Shown: piece by piece, positions 36,789 through 49,200 of the stretch
Numbering within the stretch: position 1 is the first letter of the stretch
How the letters are laid out: every line of letters starts with the position of its first letter
From: Nemertoderma westbladi
Taxonomy: Eukaryota; Animalia; Xenacoelomorpha
NCBI GenBank assembly: GCA_032718475.1
Contig: JAUCBJ010008795.1
Location: 1 to 64,000 of the forward strand
Reading direction: 5' to 3'
DNA: 64,000 bases
Made by a program: the position numbers and the translations under genes
The notes under the pieces: generated by a model
What the model saw: the letters and a program-made list of their open reading frames with translations, nothing else
Told to the model about the DNA's origin: nothing
Databases searched by the model: none

Positions 36789-37640
36789 TTATCTGCCCTC
36801 TCGAGGTGGTTTGACCTCTAACCTCCCTTTGTGTGGCTTTTGGGGTGTATGTTGTCCCGTTATTGGGTGTGATACGAGATTGATTGTTATTAATCTCGTA
36901 TCTCCAATATTGCTGAAAAGGGCGCCACTTGGGGGTAATGAGGCGGAATTGAATCCGCTCACATTCTCCAATGGATTTGTTGGTCGGGGTGTAACATGAG
37001 AGTAGCCTCCAACTCCAGAATCCCTCTCCCCCTCACAATCTGGCCTCCCTGGTGACCCAGGGTTTGGGCCAGAAAGGTCATCAGGAAAGGGACTCAAAGA
37101 ATTGTTGGCTACTCTCTCTCCAGTAGGGGGTGCGACAGTCAACGGGTCAGGAGACCTCCGCATTACTAATGTAATCCATAGCAGGGGTTGGGGTGTGCTT
37201 TTTGCGGAGTCAGCTCTCGGGGCAAATACCACACCTTGGTTTGCCATTCCACAGGGTGGGTGTCGCAGTGGAGTCAGATATGAGGCCCATCACCCATATC
37301 TACTCTGGCGCACATGACCCACCCACCATTGGCTGTGCAGCTCATCTGCTGGGTCATGCCCTGTACCCCTGCTGCGAGGTGCAGGTCGCAGTGAAGTGCA
37401 CTCTACTCCTGATCAGCCATTGGTAGATCACCACCTGCCTGGCCAGGCCATATACCCCTGTAGCCAAGTATATGGGTCCTTAATCCAGGACCAAGGGCGT
37501 CCTTATCCCAGAACGAAGGGGGTCGTACAGTAGTTACAGGACCAGATTTGCCCTAGTAAGAAGGTCTATGCAGCTACGGGTGGCACCTCCTTTATGCTGC
37601 ATGGAGGTGGCAAGTTTTCTTGATCAATGACCTAGAATAT
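36789..37640 (-). mobile_element. Probable 5' UTR and short upstream ORF (152 aa) of the same LINE
   Basis: GC-rich, structured segment directly upstream of the APE domain in the same orientation. Confidence 0.4.
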
Positions 37641-39320
37641 CTGACCTGACCTAAAAAAGAACAGGTTACAGTGAAAGGTTATTCTAACCAAAACAATAAA
37701 CGAGAGTCACGAACGCAGGTCACATATTCATCTTTGCTGTTGTCGGCAGTGGTTGTGGTCTGTCGGTTGTCGGCGTAGCGTTTACACCCTTTTCTGTGCC
37801 AAAGATGTGAGTTGTTAATTTCTGAATCAAGCGAATTTCTAAGTTCAGGATCTCAGCGCTAGTTGTTTTCGGGCTAGTACAGTAGTACTGTACTAAGCTA
37901 AGCAAGTTTACTGTTTTTAGTGTATATTCTAGATTTTGTAGTCTGTTATGATATGTGATCTGATTTTATCGACTGGTAATTTTCTGTGTATATTGGTGAT
38001 TTTAAAGAATGTAATTTTAATTAATTTTTAGTATAGGCTATATACCTGGTTATATCGACTGTGACTGTTGTGTAATTTTCTGTGTATATTGTAATTTTAT
38101 TACTGTGGGCTCTAGAAGCCTTTTTTGATTAAGAACACTAATTTATTTTAACTATTTAATTATCATAACTTGTTTTTTATGTTTCAATTGTTTTATATAA
38201 TGTTTTTGTCGTTATTTTTGTGGCGGTCACAGTAGAAAGGGACCTACTGTATTGCCATACAGTATTTGTCAAATTTTATTTTATTGGCTTTTTAGATGCA
38301 TCATTTTTTTGGATGCACAGCTCTGTCAGTTCTCGAGTTATGGGACAAAGTATGTGGCAAGGTTTAGTTGAGCGGAAAAAATTTGGAAAAATTGAAAAAT
38401 CACTTATAAGTTCAAGTATTTGTTGATGTTTCTAAATTTTATTGTTTTTTTCGATATTAAAATGTGCCACTGTACACAACCAACTTAAAATAAAAAAAAA
38501 ATTTTATTTGAATGTTTATTTTTTTCTGAAATGCTATACATTTCAGGGACTTCGCGCAGCACGTGAGTGGTTCAATCTTGAAAATATTTGAAAATTTTGG
38601 ATTTTCGCGATTGTCAATATAATTATATAACTATCTACCATTATTATTATCAGTATTATCGATATCAACAAGCTCCTCAAGTTGTTCCAGATCTGCTAAT
38701 GCATTATATTCAGTTGAAGAATTAAATGACATTTCCATAATATAAGATAAGAGTTACAGAAATATAGCCTAAATAAACACTAGTAAAACCCAAAACAGAT
38801 AAGATAATAAAATCTAATTTGAATTTCCCTCATAACAAGATTTTTATCAGCTGATTTATTGCAAAAAAAATGTCCAATTGTGTCCGCCACAGCATGGTCG
38901 GCGGTAATGGTCGCAACTCGCAATACTTAATTTCTACCGGTACTACGACAACTACGGTAACTACGGAACTACTGTTTGTCTTTCTTTTGGTGTGTGTGTA
39001 CGAGTTCCATAAGCATTAGCCTTCTTATACCCTAAACTTTTAAACATTAAAAAGTAGGCCTACTGCAGTACATTGCACTGATTGCAGTACTGCAGTATTG
39101 CTGGTGGTGGCTTACCGGTAGCGGTAACGTTTAGGCCTAGCGCATCTCGCCTAGGCATAGTGTGTAGGCTACCTCCTTGGCCTTGCCTCCACTTCTATTA
39201 CTGCTGTTGGCTGTATTGTATTACTGTCAGGCAGTACTTGCAGACTACGTAGTTCTAAGTAGCATCGTTACGGTACCTGCCAGTGCGTGGGTGCCGGGTG
39301 GCGGTATTCTAGAATCTGAA

Positions 39321-40229
39321 ATGTCGAACCTTTCATTTTCAATCAACGAAGACTCTAAAGCTGAGGTTCTCAAAGGAACTATAGATGGGGATCAAATCGG
39401 AGGTTTAATCCTAAAAAAACAGCCGAACAAACTACTTGACGATCATCACTTGTTCCGGATTCCGGGACCGCCGGTGACGGCCAGATCGTCCCTGCTCGGC
39501 CTCGATGTACTAGCGGCGCAGAAACGCATAGACAACGCGGAAACGCAGATTCCTAGAACCAACGGGGAAAGCTTCAAACAACTCGCTGACAGTTCCAGAA
39601 CGTACAGGAAACCTCGCGTAGAAACTCCTACCCATGTAGGCGGAGTTTCCAGAGAGTGGACCGAGAAATCAAGAGAAAGAAAACGGGAAGCGAAACGACG
39701 AAAACTTGCGGGAATCACAGCGGCGAGTAAACCCGATAAACACAGCAGTAGTCATAGTAACACGGACTGGGACGACGAAACACCGCGGTACATTCGGTCT
39801 CCAACGACGCCTGGTCGTTCCGGCAGGGTAACGCCGGGTACGGGAACGCTATCCCGAAGTAAATGGGACGACGACGAGATGTCGGGATCGGGACGCCGGT
39901 GGGAGAAGGAGGGAACTCCCCGGGGGTCGGAACGGAGCCGTTCCAGCCGTTCCGATCGGCCCTCTGATCGTTCCCACCGCCGTTCTCACCGTTCTGATAG
40001 GCCCTCCTCTCACCGTTCGGGTTATCAGTCTTCCTCTCATTCTCACAGTTTCACTCCGACCTACAAGGATAACTCCTGGGCCAAGTCAAGACTGGAGAAA
40101 GGGAGTACTGACCGGGAGTGGGAAGAGGAACAGCGTAGAATGGACAGGGAGTGGTACACGATAGACGAGGGAGATCGTAATCCCTTCGCTAATATGTCCA
40201 GCGAGTACATCAGGAAGAAAGAGGAACAG
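39321..40229 (+). CDS. DHX38: Pre-mRNA splicing ATP-dependent RNA helicase PRP16/DHX38, first coding exon (rest of the gene lies beyond the window)
   Basis: GDQIGGLILKK, SLLGLDVLAAQKR, YRKPRVETPTHVGGVS, FTPTYKDNSW and WEEEQRRMDREWYTIDEG..NPF are characteristic of the PRP16 N-terminus. Phase-0 donor CAG|GTTAGG at 40229/40230. Confidence 0.92.
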
Positions 40230-43200
40230 GTTAGGTGTTATTGTCCTGTGAGTACATCAGGAGGAACAGGTTAGGTGTTATTGTCCAGTGAGTAGGCCTA
40301 CATCATGAGGAACAGGTTAGGTGTTATTGTCCAGTGAGTAGGCCTACATCATGAGGGACAGGTTAGGTGTTATTGTCCAGGGAGTACATCATGAGGGACA
40401 GGTTAGGTGTTCTTGTCCAGTGAGTACATCAGGAGGAACAGGTTAGGTGTTCATGTCCAGTGAGTACATCAGGAGGAACAGGTTAGGTGTTATTGTCCAG
40501 TGAGTACATCAGGAGGATCAGGTTAGGTGTTATTGTCCAGTGAGTACATCAGGAGGAACAGGTTAGGTGTTATTGTCCAGGGAGTACATCATGAGGAACA
40601 GGTTAGGTGTTCTTGTAAAGTGATTACATCAGGAGGAACAGATTAGGTGTTATTGTCCAGGGAGTACATCATGAGGAACAGGTTAGGTGTTATTGTCCAG
40701 GGAGTACATCAGTAGGAACAGGTTAGGTGTTATTGTGCAGTGAGTACATCATGAGGAACAGGTTAGGTGTTATTGTCCTGTGAGTACATCAGGAGGAACA
40801 GGTTAGGTGTTATTGTCCAGTGAGTACATCATGAGGAACAGGTTAGGTGTTATTGTGCAGTGAGTGCATCATGAGGAACAGGTTAGGTGTTATTGTCCTA
40901 TGAGTACATCAGTAGGTAGGAACAGGTTAGGTGTTATTGTACAGTGAGTACATCAGTAGGAACAGGTGAGGTGTTATTGTACAGGGAGTACATCAGGAGG
41001 AACAGGTTAGGTGTTATTGTCCAGTGAGTACATCAGGAGGAACAGGTTAGGTGTTATTGTCCAGTGAGTACATCATGAGGAACAGGTTAGGTGTTATTGT
41101 GCAGTGAGTGCATCATGAGGAACAGGTTAGGTGTTATTGTCCTATGAGTACATCAGTAGGTAGGAACAGGTTAGGTGTTATTGTACAGTGAGTACATCAG
41201 TAGGAACAGGTGAGGTGTTACTGTCCAGTGAGTACATCAGTAGGAACAGGTTAGGTGTTATTGTGCAGTGAGTACATCATGAGGAACAGGTTAGGTGTTA
41301 TTGTCCTGTGAGTACATCAGTAGGAACAGGTTAGGTGTTAATGTGCAGTGAGTACATCATGAGGAACAGGTTAGGTGTTATTGTCCAGTGAGTACATCAT
41401 GAGGAACAGGTTAGGTGTTATTGTCCAGGGAGTACATCATGAGGAACAGGTTAGGTGTTATTGTGCAGTGAGTGCATCATGAGGAACAGGTTAGGTGTTA
41501 TTGTCCTATGAGTACATCAGTAGGTAGGAACAGGTTAGGTGTTATTGTACAGTGAGTACATCAGTAGGAACAGGTGAGGTGTTACTGTCCAGTGAGTACA
41601 TCAGTAGGAACAGGTTAGGTGTTATTGTGCAGTGAGTACATCATGAGGAACAGGTTAGGTGTTATTGTCCAGTGAGTACATCATGAGGAACAGGTTAGGT
41701 GTTATTGTCCTGTGAGTACATCAGTAGGAACAGGTTAGGTGTTAATGTGCAGTGAGTACATCATGAGGAACAGGTTAGGTGTTATTGTGCAGTGAGTGCA
41801 TCATGAGGAACAGGTTAGGTGTTATTGTCCTATGAGTACATCAGTAGGTAGGAACAGGTTAGGTGTTATTGTACAGTGAGTACATCAGTAGGAACAGGTG
41901 AGGTGTTACTGTCCAGTGAGTACATCAGTAGGAACAGGTTAGGTGTTATTGTGCAGTGAGTACATCATGAGGAACAGGTTAGGTGTTATTGTCCAGTGAG
42001 TACATCATGAGGAACAGGTTAGGTGTTATTGTCCTGTGAGTACATCAGTAGGAACAGGTTAGGTGTTAATGTGCAGTGAGTACATCATGAGGAACAGGTT
42101 AGGTGTTATTGTCCAGTGAGTACATCATGAGGAACAGGTTAGGTGTTATTGTCCAGGGAGTACATCATGAGGGACATGTTAGGTGTTATTGTCCTGTGAG
42201 TACATCAGTAGGAACAGCTTAGGTGTTATTGCCTGTGAGTACATCAGTAGGAACAGGTTAGGTGTTATTGTACATTGATTACATCAGGAGGAACAGGTTA
42301 GGTGTTATTGTCCTGTGAGTACATCAGTAGGAACAGCTTAGGTGTTGTCCTGTGAGTACATCAGTAGGAACAGGTTAGGTGTTATTGTACATTGAGTACA
42401 TCATGAGGAACAGGTTATGTGTTATTGTCCTGTGAGTACATCAGTAGGAACAGGTTAGGTATTATTGTCCTGTGAGTACATCAGTAGGAACAGGTTAGGT
42501 GTTATTGTACAGTGAGTACATCAGGAGGAACAGGTTAGGTGTTATTGTCCTGTGAGTACATCAGGAGGAACAGGTTAGGTGTTATTGCCCAGTGAGTACA
42601 TCAGTAGGAACAGGTTAGGTGTTATTGTCCAGTTAGTACATCAGTAGGAACAGGTTAGGTGTTATTGTCCAGTGAGTACATCAGGAGGAACAGGTTAGGT
42701 GTTATTGCCCAGTGAGTACATCAGTAGGAACAGGTTAGGTGTTATTGTCCTGTGAGTACATCAGTAGGAACAGGTTAGGTGTTATTGTACATTGAGTACA
42801 TCAGGCGGAACAGGTTAGGTGTTATTGTCCTGTGAGTACATCAGGAGGAACAGGTTAGGTGTTATTGCCCAGTGAGTACATCAGTAGGAACAGGTTAGGT
42901 GTTACTGTCCTGTGAGTACATCATGAGGAACAGGTTATGTGTTATTGTCCTGTGAGTACATCAGTAGGAACAGGTTAGGTATTATTGTCCTGTGAGTACA
43001 TCAGTAGGAACAGAACAGGTTAGGTGTTATTGTCCTGTGAGTACATCAGTAGGAACAGGTTAGGTATTATTGTCCTGTGAGTACATCAGTAGGAACAGGT
43101 TAGGTGTTATTGTACAGTGAATACATCAGGAGGAACAGGTTAGGTGTTATTGTCCTGTGAGTACATCAGGAGGAAAAGGTTGTAGGTGTTATTGTCCAGG

Positions 43201-46200
43201 GAGTACATCATGAGGAACAGGTTAGGTGTTATTGTACAGGGAGTACATCAGGAGGAACAGGTTAGGTGTTATTGTACAGGGAGTACATCATGAGGAACAG
43301 GTTAGGTGTTATTGTCCAGTGAGTACATCAGGAGGAACAGGTTAGGTGTTACTGTCCTGTGAGTACATCAGTAGGAACAGGTTAGGTGTTATTGTACAGG
43401 GAGTACATCATGAGGAACAGGTTAGGTGTAATTGTCCAGTGAGTACATCAGGAGGAACAGGTTAGGTGTTATTGTACAGGGAGTACATCATGAGGAACAG
43501 GTTAGGTGTAATTGTCCAGTGAGTACATCAGTAGGAACAGGTTAGGTGTTATTGTACAGTGAATACATCAGGAGGAACAGGTTAGGTGTTATTGTCCTGT
43601 GAGTACATCAGGAGGAAAAGGTTGTAGGTGTTATTGTCCAGGGAGTACATCATGAGGAACAGGTTAGGTGTTATTGTCCAGGGAGTACATCAGGAGGAAC
43701 AGGTTAGGTGTTATTGTACAGGGAGTACATCATGAGGAACAGGTTAGGTGTTATTGTCCAGTGAGTACATCAGGAGGAACAGGTTAGGTGTTACTGTCCT
43801 GTGAGTACATCAGTAGGAACAGGTTAGGTGTTATTGTACAGGGAGTACATCATGAGGAACAGGTTAGGTGTAATTGTCCAGTGAGTACATCAGGAGGAAC
43901 AGGTTAGGTGTTACTGTCCTGTGAGTACATCAGTAGGAACAGGTTAGGTGTTATTGTCCAGTGAGTACATCATGAGGAACAGGTTAGGTGTTATTGTCCA
44001 GTGAGTACATCAGGAGGAACAGGTTAGGTGTTATTGTCCAGTGAGTACATCAGGAGGAACAGGTTGGGTGTTACTGTCCTGTGAGTACATCAGTAGGATC
44101 AGGTTAGGTGTTATTGTCCAGTGAGTACATCATGAGGAACAGGTTAGGTGTTATTGTCCAGTGAGTACATCAGGAGGATCAGGTTAGGTGTTATTGTCCA
44201 GTGAGTACATCAGGAGGAACAGGTTAGGTGTTATTGTCCAGTGAGTACATCAGTAGGAACAGGTTAGGTGTTATTGTCCTGTGAGTACATCAGGAGGATC
44301 AGGTTAGGTGTTATTGTCCAGTGAGAACATCATGAGGAACAGGTTAGGCGTTACTGTCCTGTGAGTACATCAGGAGGAACAGGTTAGGTGTTATTGTCCA
44401 GTGAGTACATCAGGAGGAACAGGTTAGGTGTTATTGTCCAGTGAGTACATCAGGAGGAACAGGTTGGGTGTTACTGTCCTGTGAGTACATCAGTAGGAAC
44501 AGGTTAGGTGTTATTGTCCTGTGAGTACATCAGGAGGATCAGGTTAGGTGTTATTGTCCAGTGAGTACATCATGAGGAACAGGTTAGGTGTTACTGTCCT
44601 GTGAGTACATCAGGAGGAACAGGTTAGGTGTTATTGTCCAGTAAGTACATCAGGAGGAACAGGTTAGGTGTTACTGTCCTTTGAGTACATCAGGAGGAAC
44701 AGGTTAGGTTTTATTGTACACTGTACAGTGAGTACATCAGGAGGAACAGGTTAGGTGTTATTGTCCTGTGAGTACATCAGTAGGAACAGGTTAGGTGTTA
44801 CTGTCCTGTGAGTACATCAGTAGGAACAGGTTAGGTGTTATTGTGCAGTGAGTTCATCATGAGGAACAGGTTATGTGTTATTGTCCTGTGAGTACATCAG
44901 TAGGAACAGGTTAGGTGTTAGTGTCCTGTGAGTACATCAGTAGGAACAGGTTAGGTGTTATTGTCCAGGGAGTACATCAGTAGGAACAGGTTAGGTGTTA
45001 CTGTCCAGTAAGTACATCAGTAGGAACAGGTTAGGTTTTATTGTACACTGTACAGTGAGTACATCAGGAGGAACAGGTTAGGTGTTATTGTCCTGTGAGT
45101 ACATCAGTAGGTACAGGTTAGGTGTTACTGTCCTGTGAGTACATCAGTAGGAACAGGTTAGGTGTTATTGTGCAGTGAGTTCATCATGAGGAACAGGTTA
45201 TGTGTTATTGTCCTGTGAGTACATCAGTAGGAACAGGTTAGGTGTTATTGTGCAGTGAGTACATCAGGAGGATCAGGTTAGGTGTTATTGTCCAGTGAGT
45301 ACATCAGGAGGAACAGGTTAGGTGTTATTGTCCAGTGAGTACATCAGTAGGAACAGGTTAGGTGTTATTGTCCTGTGAGTACATCAGGAGGATCAGGTTA
45401 GGTGTTATTGTCCAGTGAGAACATCATGAGGAACAGGTTAGGCGTTACTGTCCTGTGAGTACATCAGGAGGAACAGGTTAGGTGTTATTGTCCAGTGAGT
45501 ACATCAGGAGGAACAGGTTAGGTGTTATTGTCCAGTGAGTACACCAGGAGGAACAGGTTGGGTGTTACTGTCCTGTGAGTACATCAGTAGGAACAGGTTA
45601 GGTGTTATTGTCCTGTGAGTACATCAGGAGGATCAGGTTAGGTGTTATTGTCCAGTGAGTACATCATGAGGAACAGGTTAGGTGTTACTGTCCTGTGAGT
45701 ACATCAGGAGGAACAGGTTAGGTGTTATTGTCCAGTGAGTACATCAGGAGGAACAGGTTAGGTGTTACTGTCCTTTGAGTACATCAGGAGGAACAGGTTA
45801 GGTTTTATTGTACACTGTACAGTGAGTACATCAGGAGGAACAGGTTAGGTGTTATTGTCCTGTGAGTACATCAGTAGGAACAGGTTAGGTGTTACTGTCC
45901 TGTGAGTACATCAGTAGGAACAGGTTAGGTGTTATTGTGCAGTGAGTTCATCATGAGGAACAGGTTATGTGTTATTGTCCTGTGAGTACATCAGTAGGAA
46001 CAGGTTAGGTGTTATTGTCCTGTGAGTACCTCAGTAGGAACAGGTTAGGTGTTATTGTCCAGGGAGTACATCAGTAGGAACAGGTTAGGTGTTACTGTCC
46101 AGTAAGTACATCAGTAGGAACAGGTTAGGTTTTATTGTACACTGTACAGTGAGTACATCAGGAGGAACAGGTTAGGTGTTATTGTCCTGTGAGTACATCA

Positions 46201-49200
46201 GTAGGTACAGGTTAGGTGTTACTGTCCTGTGAGTACATCAGTAGGAACAGGTTAGGTGTTATTGTGCAGTGAGTTCATCATGAGGAACAGGTTATGTGTT
46301 ATTGTCCTGTGAGTACATCAGTAGGAACAGGTTAGGTGTTATTGTCCTGTGAGTACATCAGTAGGAACAGGTTAGGTGTTATTGTCCAGGGAGTACATCA
46401 GGAGGAACAGGTTAGGTGTTATGGTCCAGTGAGTACATAATGAGGAACAGGTTAGGTGTTATTGTCCAGGGAGTACATCATGAGGAACAGGTTAGGTGTT
46501 ATTATCCAGTGAGTACATCATGAGGAACAGGTTAGGTGTTATTGTCCAGGGAGTACATCATGAGGAACAGGTTAGGTGTTATTGTCCAGTGAGTACATCA
46601 TGAGGATCAGGTTAGGTGAAACTGTCCTGTGAGTACAACAGTAGGAACAGGTTAGGTGTTATTGTCCTGTGAGTACATCAGGAGGATCAGGTTAGGTGTT
46701 ATTGTCCAGTGAGTACATCATGAGGAACAGGTTAGGTGTTACTGTCCTGTGAGTACATCAGGAGGAACAGGTTAGGTGTTATTGTCCAGTGAGTACATCA
46801 GGAGGAACAGGTTAGGTGTTACTGTCCTTTGAGTACATCAGGAGGAACAGGTTAGGTTTTATTGTACACTGTACAGTGAGTACATCAGGAGGAACAGGTT
46901 AGGTGTTATTGTCCTGTGAGTACATCAGTAGGAACAGGTTAGGTGTTACTGTCCTGTGAGTACATCAGTAGGAACAGGTTAGGTGTTATTGTGCAGTGAG
47001 TTCATCATGAGGAACAGGTTATGTGTTATTGTCCTGTGAGTACATCAGTAGGAACAGGTTAGGTGTTATTGTCCTGTGAGTACATCAGTAGGAACAGGTT
47101 AGGTGTTATTGTGCAGTGAGTACATCAGTTGGAACAGGTTAGGTGTTATTGTGCAGTGAGTTCATCATGAGGAACAGGTTATGTGTTATTGTCCTGTGAG
47201 TACATCAGTAGGAACAGGTTAGGTGTTATTGTCCTGTGAGTACATCAGTAGGAACAGGTTAGGTGTTATTGTCCAGTGAGTACATCAGTGGGAACAGGTT
47301 AGGTGTTATTGTCCAGGGAGTACATCAGTAGGAACAGGTTATGTGTTATTGTCCTGTGAGTACATCAGTAGGAACAGGTTAGGTGTTATTGTCCTGTGAG
47401 TACATCAGTAGGAACAGGTTAGGTGTTATTGTGCAGTGAGTACATCAGTGGGAACAGGTTAGGTGTTATTGTGCAGTGAGTTCATCATGAGGAACAGGTT
47501 ATGTGTTATTGTCCTGCGAGTACATCAGTAGGAACAGGTTAGGTGTTATTGTCCTGTGACTACATCAGTAGGAACAGGTTAGGTGTTATTGTCCAGTGAG
47601 TACATCAGGAGGAACAGGTTAGGTGTTATTGTCCTGGGAGTACATCAGTAGGAACAGGTTAAGTGTTATTGTGCTGTGAGTACATCAGTAGGAACAGGTT
47701 AGGTGTTATTGTCCTGTGAGTACATCAGTAGGAACAGGTTAGGTGTTATTGTCCAGTGAGTACATCAGGAGGAACAGGTTAGGTGTTATTGTCCAGGGAG
47801 TACATCAGTAGGAACAGGTTATGTGTTATTGTCCTGTGAGTACATCAGTAGGAACAGGTTAGGTGTTATTGTCCTGTGAGTACATCAGTAGGAACAGGTT
47901 AGGTGTTATTGTCCAGTGAGTACATCATGAGGAACAGGTTAGGTATTATTGTCCTGTGAGTACATCAGTAGGAACAGGTTAGGTGTTATTGTCCTGTGAG
48001 TACATCAGTAGGAACAGGTTAGGTGTTATTGTCCAGGGAGTACATCAGTAGGAACAGGTTAGGTGTTATTGTCCTGTGAGTACATCAGTAGGAACAGGTT
48101 AGGTGTTATTGTCCAGTGAGTACATCAGTGAGGAACAGGTTAGGTGTTATTGTCCTGTGAGTACATCAGTAGGAACAGGTTAGGTGTTATTGTCCTGTGA
48201 GTACATCAGTAGGAACAGGTTAGGTGTTATTGTCCTGTGAGTACATCAGTAGGAACAGGTTAGGTGTTATTGTCCAGGGAGTACATCAGTAGGAACAGGT
48301 TAGGTGTTATTGTCCAGTGAGTACATCATGAGGAACATGTTAGGTGTTATTGTCCTGTGAGTACATCAGTAGGAACAGGTTAGGTTTTATTGTACACTGT
48401 ACAGTGAGTACATCAGGAGGAACAGGTTAGGAGTTATTGTCCTGTGAGTACATCAGTAGGTACAGGTTAGGTGTTACTGTCCTGTGAGTACATCAGTAGG
48501 AACAGGTTAGGTGTTATTGTGCAGTGAGTTCATCATGAGGAACAGGTTATGTGTTTTTGTCCTGTGAGTACATAATGAGGAACAGGTTAGGTGTTATTGT
48601 CCAGGGAGTACATCAGGAGGAACAGGTTAGGTGTTATTGTCCAGGGAGTACATCAGTAGGAACAGGTTAGGTGTTATTGTCCAGGGAGTACATCAGTAGG
48701 AACAGGTTAGGTGTTATTGTCCAGGGAGTACATCAGTAGGAACAGGTTAGGTGTTATTGTCCAGGGAGTACATCATGAGGAACAGGTTAGGTGTTATTGT
48801 CCAGTGAGTACATCATGAGGAACAGGTTAGGTGTTACTGTCCTGTGAGTACATCATGAGGAACAGGTTAGGTGTTACTGTCCTGTGAGTACATCATGAGG
48901 AACATGTTAGGTGTTATTGTCCTGTGAGTACATCAGTAGGAACAGGTTAGGTTTTATTGTACACTGTACAGTGAGTACATCAGGAGGAACAGGTTAGGAG
49001 TTATTGTCCTGTGAGTACATCAGTAGGTACAGGTTAGGTGTTACTGTCCTGTGAGTACATCAGTAGGAACAGGTTAGGTGTTATTGTGCAGTGAGTTCAT
49101 CATGAGGAACAGGTTATGTGTTTTTGTCCTGTGAGTACATAATGAGGAACAGGTTAGGTGTTATTGTCCAGGGAGTACATCAGGAGGAACAGGTTAGGTG

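Noticed and set aside
39177-39320. Signal-peptide-like N-terminal extension of PRP16
   Set aside because: Begins at a TTG; homology starts after the ATG at 39321, and PRP16 is nuclear
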